The notes under the pieces were generated by a model, which saw only the letters and a list, made by a program, of their open reading frames with translations, was not told the DNA's origin and did not search any database. Made by a program: the position numbers and the translations under genes. Shown piece by piece: positions 8,703 to 17,489 of a DNA stretch of 40,560 nt (position 1 is the stretch's first letter; every line of letters starts with the position of its first letter). Source of the stretch: Selenomonadaceae bacterium (GTDB lineage: Bacteria > Bacillota > Negativicutes > Selenomonadales > Selenomonadaceae); assembly GCA_017479925.1 (NCBI GenBank), contig JAFVBP010000274.1, positions 1-40,560 on the forward strand, written 5' to 3'.

Positions 8703-8783
8703 AATCTTTGTACACGACGAAAAATTTTTGAACAGAATTCATGATTTAATCACGTCGAAAGTTTATAATCACGTTAAAAATTT

Positions 8784-9473
8784 TTGGAGAGGATGTGGCT
8801 GATTTTGAGGAGATTTTTGCGAGCGTTGATGATGGTGATGGTTTTGCTGATTTTTTGCGCGTCGACGACCTTCGCGGCTCAGGCGTACCGTGTCGGTGAC
8901 CAAGGTTCGGAAATTGCCGAAATCCAAGGCAAGCTTGTCCTGCTCGGCTACGACGTCATGGCCGACGGCGACTTCGGACCCGCGACCGTCGAGGCGATTA
9001 AAGCCTTTCAAAAGTCACAAGGTCTTGAAGTGAACGGCTTGATCGGTCCTGCGACTTACGCGGCACTGCTCGGACGCGACATGCCCGACATCAGCCGCGG
9101 CGCGAATTACATTGCCCGCAGAATTATTTCCACGTCGATGGATTATCTCGGCGTGCCCTACGTCTTCGGCGGCACAAGCCCCTACGGCTTTGACTGTTCG
9201 GGTTATGTGCAATACGTCTTCGCCAACGCGGGTATCAGCTTGCCGCGCACGGCTGACGTTCAATACGAACAGGGTACCCCGATTTCGACGGCTGAACTCG
9301 TCGCGGGCGATTTGGTTTTCTTCACCACCTACACTTACGGCGCGTCGCACGTCGGCATTTACGTCGGCGACGGAAACTTTATTCACGCCAGCTCCAGCCG
9401 CGGTGTGACGATCAGCTCGCTCAGCGAAGCCTATTACAGTTCGCGCTACATTGGCGCCCGCAGAATTTTGTAA
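8784..9473 (+). CDS. secreted NlpC/P60 peptidoglycan hydrolase with PG_binding_1 domain
   Basis: GDFGPATVEAIKAFQKSQGL is the PG-binding motif and GVPYVFGGTSPYGFDCSGYVQYVF...H is the NlpC/P60 Cys-His core. The start is uncertain (TTG 8784, ATG 8793 or TTG 8817). Confidence 0.85.
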   Translation: MERMWLILRRFLRALMMVMVLLIFCASTTFAAQAYRVGDQGSEIAEIQGKLVLLGYDVMADGDFGPATVEAIKAFQKSQGLEVNGLIGPATYAALLGRDMPDISRGANYIARRIISTSMDYLGVPYVFGGTSPYGFDCSGYVQYVFANAGISLPRTADVQYEQGTPISTAELVAGDLVFFTTYTYGASHVGIYVGDGNFIHASSSRGVTISSLSEAYYSSRYIGARRIL

Positions 9474-9496
9474 GTCATGATGACTTCGACAAACGC

Positions 9497-9529
9497 AAAA
9501 AAGCCCTTCGGTCAACCGAGGGGCTTTTT
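9497..9529. terminator. bidirectional rho-independent terminator between convergent genes
   Basis: An A6 run, a 9-bp stem GCCCTTCGG/CCGAGGGGC with a 4-nt loop, then a T5 run. Confidence 0.75.
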
Positions 9530-9557
9530 CGTTGCATTGATGATTCGCCGAAAAAAT

Positions 9558-11006
9558 TTACGCGGCTTTTTCCAAAACTTTGCGCAGACCGCGAACGTAA
9601 TCTTGCGTCGAAGGCAGATAAATTTTTTTGCGACGTTTGACGACTCGTTCTGCGCAACTTTCGATGAATTCACGCGCAAATTTTGAGCGGTCGTCGGAAG
9701 CGTACATGTCTTTTAACTTCGAGCCGCCGTCCAATTTTTCTTTGAGCGCGTCGGCAACTTTTTCGCCTTCGGACTTGTTGAGCAGGAAGTCGACGGCAAC
9801 GCTTTTGAATTCGTCTTCCAAAATACGAAACATTGCTTTGGCGTCGTCTTCGATTAAGCCGTCCATTACGGTTTGCGAAACTTTACCCGCCGCGGTACTG
9901 CCGAAAAACGCGCCGCCCAAGCCGCCGAGAAAACCGCCTATTGCCGTGCCGACGCCGGGTATAACCGAGCCGATAGCCGCGCCTGCCGCCGCGCCCGCTG
10001 TCCAACCGCCGACACCGCCCGCAACGCCCGCGCCTGTGTTCACGACGTTTTTGACGAGTTGCCCGAAGGAAATTCGTCCGCGAAAAATATTTACAACGTC
10101 GCCCGCCGACATAATCGCCACCGTCGCCAAACCCGTCACGACATTGCCGCGCAACATTTTGGAAGCACTTTTCACCGCCGCCGCGCCGTAAATGTTCGTG
10201 CCGCTCCTGAAGGCGTTGACCAGGTAAGCCGAAGCCTTCGTGCCGAGCATGTCGACAATGGCGTCGGTATAGGGCACAAGCAACGAATTCACGCCCGCTT
10301 TAGTCATCTGCCCGACAAGAATTGAACTTGCCCACGCAAGACCGCCCGTCTGCAAGCCCGCCGCTACGGATTGTTCGAGTGCCTCGTCGAAAGATTTTCC
10401 GTTCCATGTGGCAACGGCAAAAGTCACCGCCGACGAAATTCCGCCGCTGTACGCACCGATTTTGATTCCGTCGACGGCGTCATATTTCAGAGAATCAATC
10501 GTGCCGGCTTTGGCAATATTTTTCGCCTGCTCATAGGTGATGTTGCCCTTGCGAACAATTTCGCGTGCGTCCTTCACGCCGGGCACTTGACCTTTGTCGA
10601 TTCGATTTTGCATGGCTTTAACCGCGTCGTCGTATTTGTCGGACGGAACTTCGATTTGCATTGGCGAACCGTCGCTGTTGTAGTAACGGAATTTGTTGCC
10701 GTCAAAGCATTCGCGAATACATTTGGAACCCGACGCGCAGTATTTGCTTTGGATCTGCACGCCGTTGACGATTCTGTCCGCGCCGTTTTTGGCGTTGTCG
10801 TCGCCGACGATTCGAGCGTTCTTGCCCGTCAAGTTGTCGTGCAAGTTGTTCGCCCGTTCCGCCGCGAAGCCGTGCCCGCGTGAACCGTGAAATTTTTCTT
10901 CGACGGAACTTTTGGCGGCGTTCATCTGCGTCGAGTTGGTTATTCCCGCGTAGTTTCCGCCGGTGAGCCAAGTGTTTTTTCGACGTTTGTTTTCTCGGTT
11001 GCCCAT
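9558..11006 (-). CDS. orphan multi-pass membrane protein: conserved soluble N-domain, Gly/Ala-rich glycine-zipper core, charged C-terminal helices
   Basis: ATG follows GAGGTG. The N-domain reads GHGFAAERANNLHD...GDDNAKNGADRIVNGVQIQSKY. The core reads GAGVAGGVGGWTAGAAAGAAIGSVIPGVGTAIGGFLGGLGGAFFG. I do not recognise a named family. Confidence 0.7.
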   Translation of the reverse strand: MGNRENKRRKNTWLTGGNYAGITNSTQMNAAKSSVEEKFHGSRGHGFAAERANNLHDNLTGKNARIVGDDNAKNGADRIVNGVQIQSKYCASGSKCIRECFDGNKFRYYNSDGSPMQIEVPSDKYDDAVKAMQNRIDKGQVPGVKDAREIVRKGNITYEQAKNIAKAGTIDSLKYDAVDGIKIGAYSGGISSAVTFAVATWNGKSFDEALEQSVAAGLQTGGLAWASSILVGQMTKAGVNSLLVPYTDAIVDMLGTKASAYLVNAFRSGTNIYGAAAVKSASKMLRGNVVTGLATVAIMSAGDVVNIFRGRISFGQLVKNVVNTGAGVAGGVGGWTAGAAAGAAIGSVIPGVGTAIGGFLGGLGGAFFGSTAAGKVSQTVMDGLIEDDAKAMFRILEDEFKSVAVDFLLNKSEGEKVADALKEKLDGGSKLKDMYASDDRSKFAREFIESCAERVVKRRKKIYLPSTQDYVRGLRKVLEKAA

Positions 11007-11083
11007 AATGTTCACCTCGTAAAAAATTTTGACGCAGGGACATTATAACACCAATTTAAATGACGGTTGACAGTTGCGGTTTT

Positions 11084-11118
11084 CATTGCGCATTACGCAT
11101 TCCGCATTACGCATTGCA
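11084..11118 (+). repeat. heptad array family A, copy A3
   Basis: cattgcg cattacg cattccg cattacg cattgca; the last unit overlaps the secA -35 box. Confidence 0.85.
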
Positions 11119-11143
11119 TTTCAGGCGGCGACTTTGCTATAAT
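11114..11143 (+). promoter_or_regulatory. sigma70-type promoter for secA
   Basis: TTGCAT, an 18-nt spacer, then TGcTATAAT (extended -10). Confidence 0.6.
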
Positions 11144-11174
11144 TTCCGCGAAAAATTTTCGGGGAGTGATAATT

Positions 11175-13832
11175 TTGTTCGGATTCTTGAAGAAACTTTT
11201 TTTGGGCGACGACAACGACAAGCAAATCAAACGTCTGCAGAAGACGGTCGATAAAATCAACGCACTTGAAGCGCAGTACCAAAATTTCACCGACGACAAG
11301 CTCACCGCCTCGACGGACACTTTTCGCGAACGACTTGCCGCGGGCGAAACAATGGAAGACATCTTGCCCGAAGCGTTTGCCGTCTGCCGTGAAGCGTCGC
11401 GTCGAGTTTTGGGTATGCGACATTTCGATGTTCAGCTCATGGGCGGCATGTGTCTGCACGAAGGCAAAATCGCCGAAATGAAGACCGGCGAAGGCAAAAC
11501 GCTGGTTGCGACGTTGCCCGTGTATTTGAACGCGCTCGGCGGAAAAGGCGTGCACATGGTCACCGTCAACGATTACCTTGCCCGCCGCGACTCGGAGTGG
11601 ATGGGTCGGCTTTATCATTTCTTGGGCTTGAGCGTCGGCTTGATTCTGCACGACATGGATTTTCCCGAACGTAAATTCGCCTACAGCTGCGACGTCACCT
11701 TCGGCACGAACAACGAATTCGGTTTCGATTACCTGCGCGACAACATGGTCGTTCACGAAGAACAGATGGTTCAACGCCCGCTGAATTTCGCCATTGTCGA
11801 CGAAGTTGACTCGATTTTGATTGACGAAGCCCGCACGCCGTTGATTATTTCGGGTCCCGGCGCGAAGTCAACCGAAATTTACGCGGTAATGGCTCGTGCC
11901 GTCGCCAACCTGCGCGAAGGCGAAGACTACAAAGTCGACGAAAAACAAAAAACCGTCGCGCCAAACGACGAAGTTGTCCCGAAGATTGAGCGAATTCTCG
12001 GCATCAAAAATCTTTACGCGCCCGAAAATATCGAGTACAGCCACTGTTTCACGGCGGCACTTCGCGCGAAAGCTTTGATGAAACGTGACCGCGATTATGT
12101 TGTCCGCGACGACGAAATTATTATCGTCGACGAATTCACGGGTCGTTTGATGACGGGGCGACGTTATTCCGACGGTTTACATCAAGCAATCGAGGCGAAA
12201 GAAGGCGTCCGAATTCAGCGCGAATCGCAAACTTTGGCGACGATAACTTTCCAAAACTACTTCCGCATGTACGAAAAGCTTGCCGGCATGACGGGTACCG
12301 CCAAAACCGAAGAGGACGAATTTCTCAAGATTTACAAGTTGCCCGTCGTCGTCATTCCGACGAACAAGCCCGTTTGCCGCGTCGATCACCCCGACGTTGT
12401 CTACAAAAACAAGCGGGCGAAATATCGCGCCGTCGCCAACACCGTCGAACAAATTCACGCCAAAGGTCAGCCCGTTTTGATTGGCACCACGTCGATTGAG
12501 CAATCCGAAGAATTGAGCGGTTACCTCAAAAAGCGCGGCATTCCGCACAGCGTTTTGAACGCGAAGTTTCACGAAAAGGAAGCCCAGATTGTTGCCGACG
12601 CGGGTCAGCGTGACGCCGTCACAATTGCGACGAATATGGCGGGTCGCGGCACCGACATCAAACTCGGCGACGGCGTGCCCGAACTCGGCGGGCTTTTCAT
12701 TATCGGCACGGAGCGACACGAATCGCGGCGAATCGATAACCAGTTGCGCGGACGTTCGGGTCGTCAAGGTGACCCCGGCGAATCGAGATTTTACATTTCG
12801 CTCGAAGATGACTTGATGCGCCTGTTCGCCTCCGAAGCCATTGCCAAAGTCATGGACAAGCTCGGCATGGAAGAAGACGAACCGATTGAGCACACGCTTA
12901 TCACGCGGTCGATTGAGCACGCGCAGAAAAAAGTTGAGGCTCGAAATTTCGACATCCGCAAGCACGTTTTGGAATACGATGACGTCATGAATCAGCAACG
13001 CGAAATCATGTACGGCGAACGTCGAAAAATTCTGCGCGGCGAAAATCTTCGCGACAACATTTCGGGCATGGTCAACCACATCATCAAGCAGGAACTCAAC
13101 CAGTACGCGAACGAAAAGCTTTATCCCGAAGAGTGGCAACTCGACGAACTTGTCAAAGACGCCGAAAAAATTTACGCGCCGCCCGGCAGTTTGCAGGTTT
13201 CGGAACTTGAAAAACTCAGCCGCGACGAACTCAAAGAGCGTCTGGAAACTTTGGCAGCCGACGTTTACAAACAGCGCGAAGAAATTTTCACCGCGCCCGT
13301 CATGCGTGAACTTGAAAAAGTCGTCATGCTCAGAATCGTCGACAACAAGTGGATGGAACACCTTGATCACATGGACATGTTGCGCGAAGGCATCAACCTG
13401 CGTGCTTACGGGCAACGGTCGCCGCTCGTCGAATACAAAATCGAAGCTTTGGCAATGTTCGAGGAAATGGAAGCCGCCATTCAAGACCAAATTGCCTCGA
13501 CAATGTATCACGTCGCCGTTGTTCAGCAGGAAGCACCGCCGCCCGTCGAACAAAGCGTTGACGACGCGCAATCCGAAGGTGAATCGTCACCCGCCGAAGT
13601 TCAACAACCGCCGCAAATTCGTTCACGCGAAGCCGAAGCCGCCGTTCGTCGCGAACAGGCAAAAGTTACCGACCGTCTGCAAACTGCGCGAGCCTCTCAC
13701 GGTGGCGAAACTGCACCCGCCGAAAGTCAAAAGCGTGCGAAAACTGCCGACGGCAAAAAAATTGGCCGCAACGACCCGTGTCCGTGCGGCTCCGGCAAAA
13801 AGTACAAAAACTGTTGCGGTCGTAACAAATAA
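11175..13832 (+). CDS. secA: preprotein translocase ATPase SecA
   Basis: TTG start lies 8 nt after GGGGAG: (M)[20 protein letters not shown]. Also has [14 protein letters not shown] and the C-terminal SEC-C zinc motif [14 protein letters not shown]. The ORF-track N-extension reads through heptad array A3. Confidence 0.95.
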   Translation: MFGFLKKLFLGDDNDKQIKRLQKTVDKINALEAQYQNFTDDKLTASTDTFRERLAAGETMEDILPEAFAVCREASRRVLGMRHFDVQLMGGMCLHEGKIAEMKTGEGKTLVATLPVYLNALGGKGVHMVTVNDYLARRDSEWMGRLYHFLGLSVGLILHDMDFPERKFAYSCDVTFGTNNEFGFDYLRDNMVVHEEQMVQRPLNFAIVDEVDSILIDEARTPLIISGPGAKSTEIYAVMARAVANLREGEDYKVDEKQKTVAPNDEVVPKIERILGIKNLYAPENIEYSHCFTAALRAKALMKRDRDYVVRDDEIIIVDEFTGRLMTGRRYSDGLHQAIEAKEGVRIQRESQTLATITFQNYFRMYEKLAGMTGTAKTEEDEFLKIYKLPVVVIPTNKPVCRVDHPDVVYKNKRAKYRAVANTVEQIHAKGQPVLIGTTSIEQSEELSGYLKKRGIPHSVLNAKFHEKEAQIVADAGQRDAVTIATNMAGRGTDIKLGDGVPELGGLFIIGTERHESRRIDNQLRGRSGRQGDPGESRFYISLEDDLMRLFASEAIAKVMDKLGMEEDEPIEHTLITRSIEHAQKKVEARNFDIRKHVLEYDDVMNQQREIMYGERRKILRGENLRDNISGMVNHIIKQELNQYANEKLYPEEWQLDELVKDAEKIYAPPGSLQVSELEKLSRDELKERLETLAADVYKQREEIFTAPVMRELEKVVMLRIVDNKWMEHLDHMDMLREGINLRAYGQRSPLVEYKIEALAMFEEMEAAIQDQIASTMYHVAVVQQEAPPPVEQSVDDAQSEGESSPAEVQQPPQIRSREAEAAVRREQAKVTDRLQTARASHGGETAPAESQKRAKTADGKKIGRNDPCPCGSGKKYKNCCGRNK

Positions 13833-13878
13833 ATTTTCGTTACGGCTCAGCGACAACATTAAAGCGGCGAGCGGCTAA

Positions 13879-13908
13879 CCAAATTGTTCCGCCGCTTTTA
13901 AAGCGACC
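13879..13908 (+). repeat. N module, copy N3
   Basis: Sequence is ccaaattgttccgccgcttttaaagcgacc. The upstream aaagcggcg (13861-13869) pairs with cgccgcttt (13890-13898). Confidence 0.7.
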
Positions 13909-13938
13909 GGGCGTAACAAATAACGCGAGGTTTTCGTC

Positions 13939-14226
13939 ATGCGCAACGAAAAAGGTCTTTTGGTTTACGACAGAGATTATTACCGCAGTCTCTGCACTGA
14001 ACGAGAAAACGCTCTCGACGATGAGTACATGGAAAAATTTCGCGTTCTCTTCGACAAGCGTGACAGCGGCGAAATTTCAAAGCAAGAATACGACCGTTTG
14101 GTTGACGAATTGGACAACGAACACACTGCGGCTTGTGAACGGCTTTATGACGAAGAATTTTGCGACAAGCCCGCGAATAACGCCAATGAAAATTTTTCCG
14201 CGCCGCCGAATTTTGCAATCGCTTGA
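13939..14226 (+). CDS. hypothetical acidic 95-aa protein
   Basis: RBS is GAGG and codon usage resembles neighbouring genes. No recognisable motif. Confidence 0.5.
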   Translation: MRNEKGLLVYDRDYYRSLCTERENALDDEYMEKFRVLFDKRDSGEISKQEYDRLVDELDNEHTAACERLYDEEFCDKPANNANENFSAPPNFAIA

Positions 14227-14238
14227 GAGGTTACGAGC

Positions 14239-14369
14239 TTGTACGAAATTCTTTTCTACGAAGACCGAAAAGGCAACTCGCCCGTGCGTCTGAAAAATTC
14301 GTCAAGCATATTCGTGGCGAAATTTGGGAACTGCGTCCTCTGCGCGACAGAATTTTATTTGCGGCGTGA
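14239..14369 (+). pseudogene. decayed Gp49/HigB(RelE-superfamily)-type toxin remnant
   Basis: TTG follows GAGAGG: LYEILFYEDRKGNSPV. After a frame change, KFVKHIRGEIWELRPLRDRILFAA*. These match the N-terminal and central signatures of phage Gp49-like toxins, with an internal deletion, a frameshift and a truncation. Confidence 0.55.
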
Positions 14370-14371
14370 AT

Positions 14372-14403
14372 TAAATTGTTTGACCGCTTTTTGAAAGCGG
14401 CGG
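14372..14403 (+). repeat. N module, copy N4
   Basis: taaattgtttgaccgctttttgaaagcggcgg. Confidence 0.65.
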
Positions 14404-14417
14404 CTGAAAGTTTTCGT

Positions 14418-14452
14418 CATTACGCATTACGCATTACGAATTACGCATTAAA
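14418..14452 (+). repeat. heptad array family A, copy A4
   Basis: cattacg cattacg cattacg aattacg cattaaa; overlaps the stop codon of the 14448..15098 gene. Confidence 0.85.
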
Positions 14453-15098
14453 GCTTGATGCCCAAGTCCCAGGACGACGGCCAATATCTTTCGGCAATGT
14501 CGAGGATTGGCGGAACCAGTTCCTCGACGTTTTTTATTTTGCGCAGTCGCCAACTCGAATTCGTTTGACGTGACTTGCCGCCCAAAGTTTTGACCGTGTC
14601 GTCGACTTTGACGAATTCCAAAACGAAATTCAGCGTGCCGATCATCCTGCCGTATTCGGAATCGTCGCCGACCATTTTGACGGCAAGCGTCGCCGTGTCG
14701 CCCAAAATTCTTTCGTCGCCAAATTCGGCATGAATCGCGTCCAGAAGATTTTTCAGCTCTGCGGCAAGAAATTTAATCGGCGTCGAAGAAAAACTTTTCG
14801 CGTCACGAAAACTGCCGTCGAAATACGCGGCAATGACTTTTTCAATCAAGCCCAGGTGCACGCCGCGAAATTTGTCGTTGTAGAAACGCAAAATCGTCGC
14901 GCCGAATTTGAAAAACAAATCTTTCGGATACAGTGCGTGAAACTTCGCGCAGTTTTTGGCAAGCACGTCGGTCGCCTCGTCGTAGCCGACATCCATAAGC
15001 GGCTTGAGGTCGACGCGGGCGTAAAAAGTTTCGGCGTCACGCGAATCAATCGCCGCCAAAATTTTTTTCAACTCGGCAGTCGGGCTGTTCAAAGTCAA
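14448..15098 (-). CDS. hypothetical 216-aa cytoplasmic protein
   Basis: Long ORF with normal composition. No recognisable motif. Confidence 0.65.
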   Translation of the reverse strand: MTLNSPTAELKKILAAIDSRDAETFYARVDLKPLMDVGYDEATDVLAKNCAKFHALYPKDLFFKFGATILRFYNDKFRGVHLGLIEKVIAAYFDGSFRDAKSFSSTPIKFLAAELKNLLDAIHAEFGDERILGDTATLAVKMVGDDSEYGRMIGTLNFVLEFVKVDDTVKTLGGKSRQTNSSWRLRKIKNVEELVPPILDIAERYWPSSWDLGIKL

Positions 15099-15154
15099 TC
15101 AACTCCTCAAAAAAGTTATCACTGCTTGACGGTCGGTAACGAAGATTTTAAAAT

Positions 15155-15194
15155 CAATTCACATTCCTAATTCCTAATTCCAAATTCCAAATTG
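15155..15194 (-). repeat. heptad array family B, copy B2
   Basis: ...cacattc ctaattc ctaattc caaattc caaattg. Confidence 0.8.
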
Positions 15195-15213
15195 CATTTC
15201 AGGGGGCGGTTTT

Positions 15214-15612
15214 ATGAACGACGACGATTATTTCAAAAAAAATTCCGCGCCGACACACAACGAAGGCGATGCGCGTTTCGACGTGTCTTCGCTTGACGAA
15301 GTTCGCGACGAAAACGGCAACGGAATTTTCCACATGACGCGGCGTTTCAAGTGGATTCTTGCGCTGTCGCTGTTGCTTTTGATTGCGGTCGGCGTGCTCA
15401 TTTGGCTGGTGTACAACGACAAGCTTTGGGTGGAGCTGTGGCAACTGGTGCTGTGGTGCGTGTGCGCGGTACTGGCGTTCTATTCCGTCGCGAAAAAATC
15501 TTTGGCGGCGGTGATTCTCAACTACGTTTTATTTTTGGGCGTATCGCTGATACCTGTTTGGCTGTCGGCGCACGAAAACGTTCAGTCGGTCATCAAAATG
15601 TTTTCGGAATAA
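15214..15612 (+). CDS. small integral membrane protein (3 predicted TM helices)
   Basis: Hydrophobic stretches are WILALSLLLLIAVGVLIWLVY, LVLWCVCAVLAFYSV and AAVILNYVLFLGVSLIPVWL. The start could instead be the internal MTRRFKW. Confidence 0.6.
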   Translation: MNDDDYFKKNSAPTHNEGDARFDVSSLDEVRDENGNGIFHMTRRFKWILALSLLLLIAVGVLIWLVYNDKLWVELWQLVLWCVCAVLAFYSVAKKSLAAVILNYVLFLGVSLIPVWLSAHENVQSVIKMFSE

Positions 15613-15631
15613 ATTCGGCAACGTTTGCGGC

Positions 15632-15670
15632 AAAAAAAATTTCCCCGTCGAAGCGGCGGGGATTTTGTTT
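15632..15670. terminator. bidirectional terminator (CCCCGTC...CGGCGGGG family)
   Basis: An A8 run, stem TCCCCG/CGGGGA, then TTTTGTTT. Confidence 0.65.
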
Positions 15671-15671
15671 G

Positions 15672-16073
15672 TCAAAGCGTTATCGGCATGTTTGAATAGT
15701 GTCCGTGAATGATTTTCCAGCCGTCCCGTGTGCGTCGATAAACGTGAGATTCGCGCCCGTGCGTCTCATAATTTTTGCCGTCGGCGCGAGTGACTGCGAA
15801 GAAATCCCATTGGAAAACCGCAACCGCCGTGTCGTCGTAAATCTGAATTTGAACGTCGCGAAGTTCGAGACGGCGTTCGGCGAACAAGCCGCCCATGATT
15901 TTGCCATAAAAATTATCTTTCACCGACTGCCAACCGTATTCGGTGCCCAAAGGGTGAATAAACGTCGTTCGCTCGTCGGTCAGCCAAATTTCGCCGGCTT
16001 TTTGAAGATCGCAACTGCCGACGGACGCCGCGTAATTTTTTAACAATTCGTTGACGGCTTGAATGTCAGTCAT
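15672..16073 (-). CDS. SnoaL-like / NTF2-fold (DUF4440-type) protein
   Basis: The 133-aa ORF contains ...IWLTDERTTFIHPLG...VAVFQWDFFAV...HGRESHVYRRTRDGWKIIHGHYS. Its ATG overlaps the stop of the upstream gene (ATGA). Confidence 0.65.
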   Translation of the reverse strand: MTDIQAVNELLKNYAASVGSCDLQKAGEIWLTDERTTFIHPLGTEYGWQSVKDNFYGKIMGGLFAERRLELRDVQIQIYDDTAVAVFQWDFFAVTRADGKNYETHGRESHVYRRTRDGWKIIHGHYSNMPITL

Positions 16074-17017
16074 GAATAAACCTCCTCTGCCTCGGTGACA
16101 AGGCGGCGGATAATTTCTTTGGCGGGCAAAATTTCTTCGATTCGCGGCATAAATTCGCCCGTGAACACCAAGCCCGTTTCAAGGTCGCCCTGCTGTGCCC
16201 GCGTCAGTGCCCGCACGATACAAAAGTTGTGTTTGCACGCCTTCAAGCACGAGTCGCAAACTTTCGGCGGAACCTTGCCTTCCATGACGCGCTTTGAAAA
16301 CGGCGTTCGCACGGCACGACCGGGCAAGCCGACGGGGCTGTTGATGAGCACAACGTCTTCGGGACGCGATTTCAGGTAATATTCTTTGAGACTTGGTGCG
16401 CCGTTTGATTCGACGCTTGCCGCGAAACGTGAGCCGAGTTGCACGCCGTTTGCGCCCATTTTGAGCACGTCGACGATGTCTTTGCCCGTCAAAACGCCGC
16501 CGGCAGCAATGACGGGAATTTTCACCGCCGCACGAATCGGGGCAATCAGTTCGCGCACGGAAGTATCGGTGCCGAGGTGCCCGCCGGCTTCTTTGCCTTC
16601 GACGACGATAGCCGACGCGCCGAGTTTTTCGGAGATTTTTGCCAACTTAACGGAGGAAACTATCGGGACAATCGGCGTGCCCGATTCTTTGCCGAGACCG
16701 AAAATATCGCGTGAAAATCCCGCGCCCGCGACGATTAGATCGATGCCCGCGTCAATGGCCGTGCGCACGATGCCGAAAAAGTCACTTGCCGCGACCATGA
16801 TGTTGATTCCGATTATGCCGTCGGTGAGCGAACGCGCCAATTTTATTTCGTAACGCAATTCGTCATGCGCCATGCCCGAAGCCGCGATTAGACCGATGCC
16901 GCCTTCATTGGCGACGGAAGCCGCGAGCCGAGCCGTCGACAGCCGAATTGCCATGCCGCCCTGCACGATTGGGATTTTGGCTGTTTTGGTACCTATCTTA
17001 AGTTCCGGAAGTTTCAC
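16070..17017 (-). CDS. nitronate monooxygenase / FabK-like FMN oxidoreductase (second paralog)
   Basis: GTG follows AGGAGAGG. Contains IPIVQGGMA...EGGIGLIAASG...VVEGKEAGGHLG...IAAGGV...GANGVQLGSRF and a Cys-rich C-terminus CDSCLKACKHNFC. Confidence 0.8.
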   Translation of the reverse strand: MKLPELKIGTKTAKIPIVQGGMAIRLSTARLAASVANEGGIGLIAASGMAHDELRYEIKLARSLTDGIIGINIMVAASDFFGIVRTAIDAGIDLIVAGAGFSRDIFGLGKESGTPIVPIVSSVKLAKISEKLGASAIVVEGKEAGGHLGTDTSVRELIAPIRAAVKIPVIAAGGVLTGKDIVDVLKMGANGVQLGSRFAASVESNGAPSLKEYYLKSRPEDVVLINSPVGLPGRAVRTPFSKRVMEGKVPPKVCDSCLKACKHNFCIVRALTRAQQGDLETGLVFTGEFMPRIEEILPAKEIIRRLVTEAEEVYS

Positions 17018-17128
17018 GGATAATCCTCTCCTAATGCCGCCGCCGAAAAGTTTAAGGCCTTGCAAGCGACGGATATGCGACTTGTATGTCCGTCAAGCGC
17101 CGAAATTTAACTGTTAAAACTCGTCTTC

Positions 17129-17164
17129 AAAAAATCCCGCGAAGAACTTTCACCTTCACGGGAT
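17129..17164 (-). terminator. rho-independent terminator after acpP
   Basis: Stem ATCCCG/CGGGAT is followed by a U6 run on the minus strand. Confidence 0.6.
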
Positions 17165-17215
17165 TCAAGTTGAAACACCGCATATGTTTGGCGGCTGAAA
17201 AAATCATTTCGCGCT

Positions 17216-17458
17216 TTAGGCTTCGCTGCCCTTTGCGTCCTCTATGTACTTGACAACATCTTCCACGGTCTTGATTTTTTCGGCTTTCTCGTCGGGGATT
17301 TCGATATTGAATTCTTCCTCGAAAGCCATGATGAGTTCGACAATGTCGAGAGAATCCGCGCCGAGGTCGTCCACGAAGGTCGAGCTCATTTGGATTTCGT
17401 CCTCTTCGACGCCAAGCTGTTCTTTGACGATTTTCTTTACCTGTTCAAACGTTGACAC
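17216..17458 (-). CDS. acpP: acyl carrier protein
   Basis: [17 protein letters not shown]...[20 protein letters not shown] (DSL phosphopantetheine site). Confidence 0.95.
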   Translation of the reverse strand: MSTFEQVKKIVKEQLGVEEDEIQMSSTFVDDLGADSLDIVELIMAFEEEFNIEIPDEKAEKIKTVEDVVKYIEDAKGSEA

Positions 17459-17489
17459 TTACAGTCACCTCCTTTCAGAAACTGCGCGT

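Noticed and set aside
12177-13571. Very long ORFs antisense to well-supported genes. Examples are 12177..13571 (464 aa, opposite secA), 19260..20378 (opposite the TPR genes), 26036..27052 (opposite asd), 3518..4456, 841..1662, 39548..40351, 34566..35285 and 7102..7785.
   Set aside because: Their translations are low-complexity and rich in R, F, V, N, D and H. They lack SD sites and lie fully inside genes with unmistakable conserved motifs on the other strand. They are the expected by-product of the strong codon bias of this genome.
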